The notes under the pieces were generated by a model. That model ran no database searches. It worked only from the letters and a program-made list of their open reading frames with translations, and had not been told where the DNA came from. Of a DNA stretch of 64,000 nt, positions 43,001 to 51,754 are shown piece by piece (within the stretch, counting starts at the first letter, position 1; each line of letters opens with the position of its first letter). The position numbers and the translations under genes are program-made. This DNA is from Chamaesiphon sp. (GTDB taxonomy: Bacteria > Cyanobacteriota > Cyanobacteriia > Cyanobacteriales > Chamaesiphonaceae): positions 64,001-128,000 of the forward strand of contig CBDFFH010000005.1 in the NCBI GenBank assembly GCA_965246715.1. The letters are read 5' to 3'.

Positions 43001-43400
43001 TCATGATTGCCCCCAAACCCATAGTCAGGCTCTCCAGATTTTGAGCAAATAGTGCTTTAACTTGATGTTCATCCCGTTGTTCTGCTTCAATCAAAGCATT
43101 CAGAAAATCTAAATCCTCTTGCTCGTAATCTTCATTTTGACTCTTATCTTCAATCGCTACACCTAACTGCCCAGCTAAATCCTGAGCAAAATTCACCAAC
43201 CAGTCTACAGTCGCTTCTGCCTCTCGACCATCCCGTTCTGTCAGCATCTCAGCTACAGCCAACAAAGCCATTACCAAATTTTCATCAATCAATTCCGATC
43301 TTTTTGCCAGTAATGTCTGCTCCTCTCCCTCTTGACAATCCAATAATTCTTGCACCAGATCTAAATAATCCTGATATTTCCCGTCTTGCCTTTCCGACAT
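40059..43400 (-). CDS. TPR-repeat CHAT-domain protease C
   Basis: 46-aa repeats; LHSSHHA, FLSACET, STLWSVDD, FYWAGF; ATG at 43400 (MSERQ) matches paralogue A start (MSDRN). Confidence 0.92.
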   Translation of the reverse strand: MSERQDGKYQDYLDLVQELLDCQEGEEQTLLAKRSELIDENLVMALLAVAEMLTERDGREAEATVDWLVNFAQDLAGQLGVAIEDKSQNEDYEQEDLDFLNALIEAEQRDEHQVKALFAQNLESLTMGLGAIMKIYIEQIVATQPQDAEGFVALIENIVIRLYEFPLGNRAQNMEIVIAGLVAVLTVRTRENHSQKWAQTQNNLAAAYSDRIKGDKAENIEKAISFYEAALSIRKKEDFPIQWAGTQNNLAAAYSDRIKWDKAENIEKAISCYEAALEICKKEDFPIQWATTQNNLAVSYKNRIKGDKAENIEKAISCYEAALSIRTKEDFPIQWAGTKNNLAGSWSDRIKGDKAENIEKAIACYEAALEIYKKEDFPIQWATTQNNLAVSYKNRIKGDKSENMEKAIVCYEAALEIRTKGNFPIQWATTQNNLANVYGERIEGHKAENLEKSIGCYEAALEIRTKENFPIEWAGTQENIAIFYLEKGQNDLAIEHYLKALEIFTPETLPINVIKANRGIGNIYLKQEHWQKAIEAYKIAMQSAETSRSWSVNDTERQRVLQTALSVYENAIQCAINLKDYRSAIEYTERVRSRQLVELMASKDLYGDAQVPAEIQAYLTEYRQLNEDIENLREGGDRTMSATKTSRDSQTLRADNEKINSLADRKQILYDKIRTHDPVLAGQIAIAPISHSEIQKLITNAHTAILTCYSTNDHTHIFILKQNQEPELFTCTGQGWNEFQKWLIENWLNPYKQEDNSAWRDRMPSVLAEIAERLQLPQLIADHLSDIQELVLVPHLLLHQIPFAALPTGNSEELLGEKFTIRSIPSCQILKYCQDRSPILTSTQGIVEDADDSLLGARYEGQKIAEIHGVLEIDRLRGKSQATIANYRQLLSRVNRLHSSHHASSNLENPLESALFLADGKITLGDLLMGEKYPNLDEIFLSACETHLGKFTFTDDVATLTTGFLCIGARSVQSTLWSVDDLVTALFDIFYHEARRDGLDRARSLQSAQNRLRNLTGEEFKLYHFPKLIEHVNADSSARIAALKQQIKKLYQQQSTLSNQTEEWQELAETMKSLTQKIKSIESIPEILEGYCTMDRPFESSFYWAGFICQGMA
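41960..42810 (-). repeat. Intragenic 138-bp tandem repeats (about 6 units)
   Basis: DKAENIEKAI.CYEAAL.I..KEDFPIQWA.TQNNLA. Confidence 0.9.
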
Positions 43401-43580
43401 CTTAGTTTCCTCTAAGTTATCAACAACTCCCAAACCACCACAAATTTATACTTCTAAACCTGACTTTCTACCACTTAATTAGCCAGCCTTTTAGTGAAGA
43501 TTAGGCTAGTGGTGCAGATTTCTCAATTTTCCATTACATCCCACGATTGAGCTAGGATCGTATCATCCAATTATGTAACA

Positions 43581-43928
43581 TTGGCTATGATAGTTACCCA
43601 ATTCTCTATTGAAACCGATCGAACCTCATCGTCCACACCTATCCTGGTAACACAACGCGCAGATCGGGTCTGGATTGCCAAATTATTAACTTGGGCAGGC
43701 TTTTCAGTTGAAGGCAATAGTCGCGAAGATGCTCTGTTTAAACTAGACCAACAAGTCAAAGCACAGCTAGCCGATGGTGAGATTGCCTACTTAGACTTGC
43801 TATTAGTACAAGCAAAAAACCCCTGGTTGGCGATCGCGGGGAAATACAAAGACGACCCTACTTGGGATGAATACCAAACAGCCATTGCCACAGCCCGCCA
43901 AGCATCCAATGAGAGCGAAGGCATTTGA
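43581..43928 (+). CDS. HicB-like antitoxin-fold protein (no adjacent toxin)
   Basis: VEGNSREDAL..L; C-terminal NPWLAIAGKYKDDPTWDEY; start uncertain. Confidence 0.6.
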   Translation: MAMIVTQFSIETDRTSSSTPILVTQRADRVWIAKLLTWAGFSVEGNSREDALFKLDQQVKAQLADGEIAYLDLLLVQAKNPWLAIAGKYKDDPTWDEYQTAIATARQASNESEGI

Positions 43929-43978
43929 CAGAACAGGAAAAGGCGATCGCTATATTTATCGATCGCCTTTCTAAATAT

Positions 43979-44224
43979 CTAACCCTTATTTTTGCGTAGA
44001 TGCTGCTTCTGAGCTAACTTTCGGCGTGATTTCCGCGTACCCTTCGCCGCCTTCTTCGCCTTATACTCAGCCTTCGTTTCCTTCCAAGCTTCCCGCGCCG
44101 CCGTCCCCATCAACAACCGAAATATTAGCGGTGCAAAAGCCTGAGCCGGAGGTGCCGTCGCACCCACAACCACCGCCGAAGCCGCAGCACCACCAGCCAA
44201 ACCAAATAATTGTCTACGATTCAC
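43979..44224 (-). CDS. Small Tat-signal basic protein
   Basis: MNRRQLFG twin-arginine signal, AQA cleavage site, K/R-rich tail; GGAGG RBS. Confidence 0.75.
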   Translation of the reverse strand: MNRRQLFGLAGGAAASAVVVGATAPPAQAFAPLIFRLLMGTAAREAWKETKAEYKAKKAAKGTRKSRRKLAQKQHLRKNKG

Positions 44225-44244
44225 AATCTTGCCTCCAGTAATAG

Positions 44245-44655
44245 TTAGAAGTATTTCGCCAGCACACCTTTCTTTCTTCCTCGCGCCATCGCCCGTTGCG
44301 GACGACTGCGATTGTCATTGGTAATTTCAAACCGTAAGTGTTTGGGATTGATGCTTCCCCGTTTCATCGGATGATGCCCGATATCATAGCCCTTGGGATT
44401 TTTGAACCGAGGGAAACCAGTCTTCCCCTTCCGCTGCCAGCGATTCAACTGACTTTGCAATGCACCGCGAATAAATTTGGGCTGCTTGGGGTTGATTAGT
44501 GCCCCGCGCATAAACAGTTGTCTGGCCTTTCCCCAGCCACGCGGAGATTTTGCTTCGGCTGGCTGCCCAGAAGCTAATAAAACCAACAGCACCAGCAGGG
44601 CTGCCATATATTTACCAAAACGATTCGCCACAGGCGACGCTACACGATCGAACAC
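44245..44655 (-). CDS. Secreted basic protein with HNH-like toxin motif
   Basis: Signal peptide ending AEA; PKFIRG..Q, NPKGYDIGH..LRFE...NRSR. Confidence 0.55.
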   Translation of the reverse strand: MFDRVASPVANRFGKYMAALLVLLVLLASGQPAEAKSPRGWGKARQLFMRGALINPKQPKFIRGALQSQLNRWQRKGKTGFPRFKNPKGYDIGHHPMKRGSINPKHLRFEITNDNRSRPQRAMARGRKKGVLAKYF

Positions 44656-44762
44656 GATTGAATCTCCATTACTTGTCTTACCAATTATTTATCGGAGTTC
44701 ATCTGGCAATTTTGGCAAAATTTGGAAAATTTATTTACCTTGTTCCAAAATCTCCGCCACAT

Positions 44763-44800
44763 ATCAAGACTCGATCGATTGGGGTCGATCGAGTCTTGAT
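44763..44800. terminator. 16-bp inverted repeat downstream of protease D
   Basis: atcaagactcgatcga-ttgggg-tcgatcgagtcttgat. Confidence 0.5.
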
Positions 44801-44889
44801 TAATCCTCCGCAGAGCGCGGACTTATAGCGTGTTAGGGTGACACTGGTGATAGCGATCGGTCAAATCGATCGCCATTGTCCAAACAGTT

Positions 44890-47800
44890 TTAGGGCAAGC
44901 CTTGGCACGTAAATGCAGCCCAGTAAACTGGGTCAGAGAATGGGCGATCTTGACCACAGAGATATTTCAAGTTTTCGGTCATGTCTTCGACTTTTTGGAG
45001 CCGCTCGAATGATGCTTCAGCAGCTTTCTCCCCTTTGGTTAGCTCTACATCATGGGCGCGGGATAGTTGCTCGCGGTTAATTTCCAGACATGCTTCTAGC
45101 CGCTCACCGTAAACATTATCCAGAGTGGCACCAGAGAGCTGGCGGAGCTGCTGCTGGGCAGCTTGGAGGGCGCGGGGTCGATCGAGTCCCCGTTTTCGTT
45201 GTTCGTAGTAGAAGATGCACATCAGGGCAGCGGAGAGTTGATCTACCGACCAGAGGGTGGCGATGACGGTTCTGGCTCCGGCACAGAGGAAGCCGCTGGC
45301 TAGGGTGAAGACTTCATCGGTGGTGGTTTGGCTGATGCCAAAGGCGGTTTCGCAGCAGGACAAAAAGACTTCTTGGAGTCCGGTGAGTTGCCAAACTAGG
45401 AGTTGAGCCAGGGTGATATTGCCATCGGCGAGGGCGAGGCTGGATTTGAGGGGTTCGTTGGGGTTGGAGCTGGCATGATGGTAGGAATGGAGGATGTTGA
45501 CGGTCTGGGCGAGTTGTTTGAAGTTGTCGATCGTGGCTTCCGTTGTACCGCACAGGCGTTGGGCTAAGGGAATGTTCAGGAGGGTGGCGATCTCTTCGCC
45601 CTGGAAGATCCCATAGGGTACGTCGAGGCTTGCTCCTTCGATGATGCCGTAGTTGAGGTTGACATTAAGTTCTGGTCGATCGTCACAGATTTTGAGAATT
45701 TCGCAACTAGGGGCATAGCGGATGGTAAAGCGATCTCCTAGAAGTTTTGCTCCATCTTTAGTATTGGTTGGGAGCGCGGCAAAGGGGATTTGATGGAGGT
45801 AGAGGTGGGGAATGAGGATTAGGTCGGTGATGGTGTCATCTAGGTGTTGAGCGATGAGGGTGTCGATCGATAGTCGATCGCTACATTCTTGCAAAAATGG
45901 TGTGATTTGTTTCGACCATTCTCTGTAATTTTTATCGGCATAATAGGGTTTAATCCATTGTTCCAAAATTGCATTATGGAAGGTATCGAAGCCTTGGTCG
46001 GGACAATGGTGGACGGCGATCTGAAGTTGTTGTTGGGAATCGCGGCGGGCGATGAAGATGAAGGTATCGGTGGGGGTGGAGAAGAAGCTGAGGAGGGCGG
46101 TGTGGGTATCCTTGCCTATGAGTTTGTTGATATCCGCGATCTCTAGGGGGAGGATGCGTTTACCAGCGGCGGCGATCGGATCTTGACGACGGAGTTCTTG
46201 CCAGAGGGTGGTTTGTTGGGCTTCTAGAGCGGTGACGTGCTGTTGCTCGATCTCACTGATACTGGGGCGGAGGGTATCCAGGGTGAGGGTTTGGGAATTG
46301 CCATCGAGTTTGTGATAAATGGCATCGATTTGACGCTGGAGGGCATCGTAGGCATCGAGTTTCGTTTTGATGTCGGTGGGGATTTCGCCTTTCTGATAAA
46401 AATCATTGACGCGCATCAGGTCGGAAAGCCGCTTAGAACGGGATCGTTCGGCGTATTGGAGGGCTTCGGGGTAGCGATGGAGTTGAATTTGGGCTTGGAC
46501 GATGTTGGTATAGACTTCGATCGCGTTAGATTGGACTTCTTCCCGATGGCTTTCTTCCCTAGACCAAGCACGACTTTGTTCGATCGCTTCAATTGCCAAG
46601 CTGTAACCTTCGATGGATATTTCCCAGTTGCCTAATTTAAAGCCCAGATTGCCAAGAGTTCGACCAGTTCTCAAGCAATCAGCGGCTAGGGTGTTGGGGT
46701 TGAAGAATTGGAGAGCTGCACGGTAGGATTCGATCGCCAGGTTGTTGTTCGCCTCTGGTTCCACTCCCATTTCGGCGAGGATTAAATAGGCGTTTCCCCG
46801 ATTAGTGAGGGTAGAAGAGAGGTTGCGGGTCAGACCAGCAGCACTTCTAATCTCAGCAGCTTCATCATAATCGGCGATCGCACTGCGGAGATTGGTCATT
46901 CCATCCACACCCATTTTGGCGAGGATTAAATAGGCATTTCCCCGATTATTGAGGATGGATGAGAGGTCGCGTGTCAGTTTGGCAGCCCGTCTAATCTCGG
47001 CAGCTTCATCATAATCGGCGATCGCCCTGCGGAGATTAGTCACTCCATCCACTCCCATTCCGGCGAGGGTTGAATAGGCATTTCCCCGATTATTGAGGGT
47101 AGAAGAGAGGTCGCGTGTCAGTTTGGCAGCCCGTCTAATCTCGGCAGCTTCATCATAATCGGCGATGGCGAGGTAGAGATTAGTCACTCCATCTACACCC
47201 ATATCGGCGAGGGTTAAATAGGTATTTCCCCGATTATTGAGGGTAGAAGAGAGGTCGCGTGTCAGTTTGGTAGCCCGTCTAATCTCGGCAGCTTCATCAT
47301 AATCGGCGATCGCCCTGCGGAGATTAGTCACTCCATCCACCCCCATTCTTCCGAGGGTTTGATAGGCAGCACCTCGATTAGTAAAAGTTTGAGCGCGTTT
47401 GGGTTGATTGTTCCGAATCAGGTTGAGGACGATCTCATACCCAGCCACTGCAATTTCATTCACCTCTAGAAATTTGCCATAGGGAAATTTCTGTAGGTAA
47501 ATGCAAATATTTCCAAGCATTCCCGCCATGGACTCCGATTCCTGGGGGTGCTGCGCTAGGATATCGGCCACAAATTGCCCCATCGCCGCACCCAAGGATC
47601 GATCCACCTGAGCCAAATTATTACACATTAAATTATGAATGGTGACAGTAGCCTGTCCCTCATTTTCCATTTCGGCTAAGATTAGCTGGTGCAAAAATTC
47701 CCTTGCGCCCTGCTCGCTCTTACCTAGCAAATAGCGGGTCAATTGAGTCGCCGAATCCTGTAAAAATCTGGCTTTATTGCTCTGCCTCTCTCCCAGCATC

Positions 47801-47958
47801 TGTGCCGCTACATCCTCCATTACAGCAACTAACCCCATATCTATCAATTCCTGCTGGGCATTCAGCACATCATTTTCTTCCCCATGAGGGCAAGTCAAAA
47901 GTGCCTGAATCAATTCCAAATAAGCCCGTAATCTTTGTTCGTCCATGAGTATCTCCAA
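44890..47958 (-). CDS. TPR-repeat CHAT-domain protease D
   Basis: 48-aa repeats; LIPH..LHQIPFAAL, LHSYHHA, FLSCCET, ATLWSVD, PVYWAAF. Confidence 0.92.
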   Translation of the reverse strand: MEILMDEQRLRAYLELIQALLTCPHGEENDVLNAQQELIDMGLVAVMEDVAAQMLGERQSNKARFLQDSATQLTRYLLGKSEQGAREFLHQLILAEMENEGQATVTIHNLMCNNLAQVDRSLGAAMGQFVADILAQHPQESESMAGMLGNICIYLQKFPYGKFLEVNEIAVAGYEIVLNLIRNNQPKRAQTFTNRGAAYQTLGRMGVDGVTNLRRAIADYDEAAEIRRATKLTRDLSSTLNNRGNTYLTLADMGVDGVTNLYLAIADYDEAAEIRRAAKLTRDLSSTLNNRGNAYSTLAGMGVDGVTNLRRAIADYDEAAEIRRAAKLTRDLSSILNNRGNAYLILAKMGVDGMTNLRSAIADYDEAAEIRSAAGLTRNLSSTLTNRGNAYLILAEMGVEPEANNNLAIESYRAALQFFNPNTLAADCLRTGRTLGNLGFKLGNWEISIEGYSLAIEAIEQSRAWSREESHREEVQSNAIEVYTNIVQAQIQLHRYPEALQYAERSRSKRLSDLMRVNDFYQKGEIPTDIKTKLDAYDALQRQIDAIYHKLDGNSQTLTLDTLRPSISEIEQQHVTALEAQQTTLWQELRRQDPIAAAGKRILPLEIADINKLIGKDTHTALLSFFSTPTDTFIFIARRDSQQQLQIAVHHCPDQGFDTFHNAILEQWIKPYYADKNYREWSKQITPFLQECSDRLSIDTLIAQHLDDTITDLILIPHLYLHQIPFAALPTNTKDGAKLLGDRFTIRYAPSCEILKICDDRPELNVNLNYGIIEGASLDVPYGIFQGEEIATLLNIPLAQRLCGTTEATIDNFKQLAQTVNILHSYHHASSNPNEPLKSSLALADGNITLAQLLVWQLTGLQEVFLSCCETAFGISQTTTDEVFTLASGFLCAGARTVIATLWSVDQLSAALMCIFYYEQRKRGLDRPRALQAAQQQLRQLSGATLDNVYGERLEACLEINREQLSRAHDVELTKGEKAAEASFERLQKVEDMTENLKYLCGQDRPFSDPVYWAAFTCQGLP
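46760..47380 (-). repeat. Intragenic 144-bp near-identical tandem repeats (about 4 units)
   Basis: MGVDGVTNLRRAIADYDEAAEIRRAAKLTRDLSSTLNNRGNAY. Confidence 0.9.
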
Positions 47959-47974
47959 TATTTTTAACGCAAAC

Positions 47975-48820
47975 CTAGTTAGATCGATGTTGCCGAAACC
48001 AAGCCGCCACCTTCAACGCCAGCGATTTGTCAAAGTCAACGCTTCCCGATCGCAGTTCCCCCTCTGCCTTAACTGATTCCACCTCATCCTCATCACTCAA
48101 AACCACCAGCTCCCGCTCTCGCACCTCTGACTGTTGTTGCAACTCCTGCAAATACACCTCCACCCGCCGATTTTGTAAATCTGGATTAGATTCCAGCAAA
48201 AATATTTGTTCCAAACTTGCCACAATCCCATTCAAAGCTCGATCGGCGAACTGTGCCTGTACCTCCTCTAGCAGTCGATCTTCACTATCCTCCACCACCG
48301 TCATCACCCGCTGAATCGTCCGCAAATAACTGGGCAAAGACTCCACCGACTGCTTCCGAAACTGCCGTACACTCAGAGCCAACGTATTCGAGGGATATTC
48401 ATAAACGAATCCCAGCAACTGCGCTCGATCGAGCATCGCCCCAAACCCCACCGCTACATAAGCCACCCGATCCTCCACCGCCGTCAACGGAATTTCCACA
48501 GGCACACCACGATCCAATAACACCGGACGGCATTCGATTTTACCTACACCCACTACTTCTAAATCGGCCACATCGATCGGTGTCGCCAAACTCGGTTGCC
48601 AACTATCACTCGCCGCCCAATTGGTGTCAATTCCTGCTTCCTGCAAAAAACTTTCCACCGCATAAACCGCCAGCGTATTCAGATAAACCTTTTCCGCCAA
48701 ATCCACATTCGGCATTCCCACCGCAAACGATCGCGCCTGAAGTTGCACCGCCGTGGGAATCGAGATTTCGATTACATTACTTGTCATCATATTTTTCCTG
48801 GGTAATACAAAATTGCTCAC
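47975..48820 (-). CDS. DUF1822 family protein (lacking the usual C-terminal region)
   Basis: AEKVYLNTLAVYAVESFL, SDSWQP, DVADLEV.GVGKIECRPV, EDRVAYVAV, AQLLGF. Confidence 0.85.
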   Translation of the reverse strand: MSNFVLPRKNMMTSNVIEISIPTAVQLQARSFAVGMPNVDLAEKVYLNTLAVYAVESFLQEAGIDTNWAASDSWQPSLATPIDVADLEVVGVGKIECRPVLLDRGVPVEIPLTAVEDRVAYVAVGFGAMLDRAQLLGFVYEYPSNTLALSVRQFRKQSVESLPSYLRTIQRVMTVVEDSEDRLLEEVQAQFADRALNGIVASLEQIFLLESNPDLQNRRVEVYLQELQQQSEVRERELVVLSDEDEVESVKAEGELRSGSVDFDKSLALKVAAWFRQHRSN

Positions 48821-48825
48821 AACAC

Positions 48826-50004
48826 CTAACCAAAAAACACGCTAACCATCTTGGCTAAAGGCTTCTGGCACTTCCGCACCCAAAAATCCGCCAACATCTC
48901 CGCCGTCAGCTTCTTGTAACCAAACCGCTCCTGTGCCAACTTAGCGATCGCCTCAAAATCCACAGGCGGATCGCTATAGATCCAGAGATGCTGCTGTGCC
49001 ACAAACTGCACCGTCACCTTGGGCATCTTGTTCTTTATTGGTGTCTGCAACACACAATTGGTATCTCGATCGATATCCTCCCGCACCATCGCCGATTGCT
49101 CGTCCGTCAACAAATTAGGCTCTAACAACAACGACTGGGCGCGAGGCACCACATGACGTTCATAAAAAGGGTAAAACTTGTGATATTTCATGCCGTATGC
49201 CGTGGCTAGATCTGTTAGATCGTCCGGTGGCCGTTTAAATCCCATCCGCCACAACACATCTCGCACCGTACAGGTTGGACAGTCAGCATGACTGAAATCC
49301 AACAACTCCGAACTGCCATTTTCTATCAACTCCAGCCACCGATTCTTCGTAACTGATAAATCTTGTGCCAGCATTTCTCTCAAATCTGAGGCTTGGGGTT
49401 GTTCCGCAAAATCTTGCCAATCTAACTGCTCGTCCAGCGATGAGAGTTGATCTCGCTTTTGCTTTCTAAAATAATTGCTGACTGTTGCTTGCACCGCATA
49501 GCGAAAATAGGTACGACAGCAACCCACAACACTAAATCCCGTCGGCGAAAACTTCGGCAAAGTGATTTGCATAAAGTACAAACAACTATCTTGGGCAAGA
49601 TCTTCGATCGTTACTCGATCCTTAATTCCCCACTGCCGAATCCAGTAATAGAGGAACTGGAGCTTATCCCCAGTCAGCAACGGAAACACCTGACCCTCCA
49701 GCCGTTGCTGGACGATTGGGGACGACGCAGCCAACAACTCCGTCAAGATCTGCTTGAACTGGGAGTCTTCAGAGGTCAGACTCGATCGACTTTCCAAACA
49801 ATCATACAAATGCTGCCAGATAGATGAGTGCGATCGAGTCTCTTTCAGAGACACTTCGTGAACGGACATAGGCGGCGAAACCTCTTGTTGTATTACCATA
49901 TATAGGCTAATCCTCCAATATATTAGGTGGCCAGCGCAGCAATGAATCTTAGCCATCACGCACCAGCCATTTAAGTAACAGCAAGATTTATCAAAAGTTG
50001 GCAA
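48826..50004 (-). CDS. Sigma-70/ECF-like protein with duplicated C-terminal HTH-like domain
   Basis: IEDLAQDSCLYF..KFSP..RTYFRY.V...V.NYFRKQKR..SSLDEQL; start uncertain (49899 or 49869 plausible). Confidence 0.72.
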   Translation of the reverse strand: MPTFDKSCCYLNGWCVMAKIHCCAGHLIYWRISLYMVIQQEVSPPMSVHEVSLKETRSHSSIWQHLYDCLESRSSLTSEDSQFKQILTELLAASSPIVQQRLEGQVFPLLTGDKLQFLYYWIRQWGIKDRVTIEDLAQDSCLYFMQITLPKFSPTGFSVVGCCRTYFRYAVQATVSNYFRKQKRDQLSSLDEQLDWQDFAEQPQASDLREMLAQDLSVTKNRWLELIENGSSELLDFSHADCPTCTVRDVLWRMGFKRPPDDLTDLATAYGMKYHKFYPFYERHVVPRAQSLLLEPNLLTDEQSAMVREDIDRDTNCVLQTPIKNKMPKVTVQFVAQQHLWIYSDPPVDFEAIAKLAQERFGYKKLTAEMLADFWVRKCQKPLAKMVSVFFG

Positions 50005-50509
50005 AAATCGTCAACTTTCTTCAAATCCTTGGCTAGAGGACTTTGTAGCTAGCTTAACCACCACACCAATTTGCCAACTCCAACTCAGAATAGCTATCTT
50101 CCAAGGTTGCCAAAGGACAAATAACATAATTAGGACATCGATCGATCGCCAAGCGGTTTGGGACGAGAATCGGATCTGTCGTCCCTGTGAAAATCACTTC
50201 CATCCACAGATACTGCCAGATAAATAGTTCGATCTGATTTGTAAATAGAGAACAAGACTGAGTAGTTGCCATAAATTTGTTGGTTCTATTTCCTTACCTA
50301 CACCTAGATATCGCAACCGTCGCTAATTTTTTGGCAAGAACATTAGGCTGTCAGACAATAAATTCCAGAGCTATTTCACCTCCAATCGCATTTGATATCT
50401 TAACGATCGAATCAAGCCAAAAGTGCCAAATTCCAAAGACTCTGGGCGATAGATCCTTATCGAGTTGTATGACAGGCTCGTGCAACATCAGTAGCTGAGG
50501 GCCGGATTT

Positions 50510-51610
50510 GTGATTGAGCGAAAATTGGCATTGAAAAAACTCGTTCGCGTAGCGTCCCCTTTGGGGAATCGACTCCAATCGATCGGGTCTGGATTGAACC
50601 GCCGTAAAGCGATCGGAATTATCGCCACCATCCTCGCTTTAACCGGAGCCACTGGCTGTGGTAAACAAGTCTCGATCGATGAATATCCCGCTGTAGCAGC
50701 CGAAAACTTCAACCCTAAACAACTCCCCATACTGCGAAAGCACATTCTCGCGATGTACTTTAGCCGTTACCTCGCTGGAGCTAATAACGACGAGCACAGT
50801 GTCCGCCGCCAGGTGCGCTACTATCGCACTCGCGGCATCAACACCCTAATTGTGGGCGTGTGGGGCAATGGCTGTGCGATGTATCAAAGCGAAGTTACCA
50901 AAAGGCTGCTCGGTCAATCTAGCTGTCCCAACACCTTCCCAGATCGGTGGCTGGATTGGACGATCGACGAAGCCAAGAAACAGGGAATGCAAGTTCACGC
51001 CTACTTCGAGCGCGGCATCAAGATCGATAATAGTAGCCTAATCTACAATCTCGCCGTCACCCGCAAATGGTTAATCCCAGGAGTCGATCGCACCTATCCC
51101 AAGATGGAACAGTATGTCTTCGATGTCGAACATCCCGAAGTAATCGCCCTGTTTAAAGGCGTGATGGCTGAATTTGTCAACAGATACCCGACGATCGATG
51201 CCGTGCAGTGGGACGACTTTCTCGCCTACTCTGTGAAGCTCCCAGGCATAAATCGCACTGCCAAACTGACCAAATTCTCGATCGATCTGTATCACATTAC
51301 CAAACGAGCTAATCCCAGAGTTAGCTTCGATCTGTGCCATCTCAACCCTGATTGGTCGAAACGGACATTATCAGCCGACTGGAAACGCTGGAAAATCGAT
51401 CGAGCGTTTGTCCAACTTTACAGCGAACCGACCTTCAGACAAGAACTAGCCTACGCCGAAAACAGTGCGGGAATTGCCATCACCGATAGACAGTTACACC
51501 GCCTACCAGCACTGCTCAAGAACCCCAAAATCAAAGGAATCTTCATTTTCCCCCTCACAGGCAATCCCCGCATGGCTGCGGCGAATCTACAGCTAGCCGC
51601 AGTCAAATAA
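50510..51610 (+). CDS. GHL10/DUF187-like glycoside hydrolase lipoprotein
   Basis: Lipobox ATGC; GINTLIVGVW.NG, EAKKQGMQVHAYFE, HPEV, RYPTIDAVQWDD; start uncertain. Confidence 0.8.
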   Translation: MIERKLALKKLVRVASPLGNRLQSIGSGLNRRKAIGIIATILALTGATGCGKQVSIDEYPAVAAENFNPKQLPILRKHILAMYFSRYLAGANNDEHSVRRQVRYYRTRGINTLIVGVWGNGCAMYQSEVTKRLLGQSSCPNTFPDRWLDWTIDEAKKQGMQVHAYFERGIKIDNSSLIYNLAVTRKWLIPGVDRTYPKMEQYVFDVEHPEVIALFKGVMAEFVNRYPTIDAVQWDDFLAYSVKLPGINRTAKLTKFSIDLYHITKRANPRVSFDLCHLNPDWSKRTLSADWKRWKIDRAFVQLYSEPTFRQELAYAENSAGIAITDRQLHRLPALLKNPKIKGIFIFPLTGNPRMAAANLQLAAVK

Positions 51611-51754
51611 ATGGCCCTTTTATTGCCACCAATCTTACCAATGACAAGCGGACTATCTCGATCGGGCGAAATGCTTCGATCTTATATTGTTGCAGCTAGT
51701 CTTTTACTAGTGTATGATTAGTATTTCAGCATTGAAGGAATTGGGTTAATTAAA

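Noticed and set aside
28744..47380. Tandem repeats as a CRISPR array or DGR template/variable pair
   Set aside because: Units are in-frame 138/144-bp coding repeats with no spacers; no cas or reverse transcriptase gene in the window
50054..50745. Short ORFs between the sigma-like gene and the glycoside hydrolase
   Set aside because: No motifs, mutually overlapping; more likely a divergent promoter region
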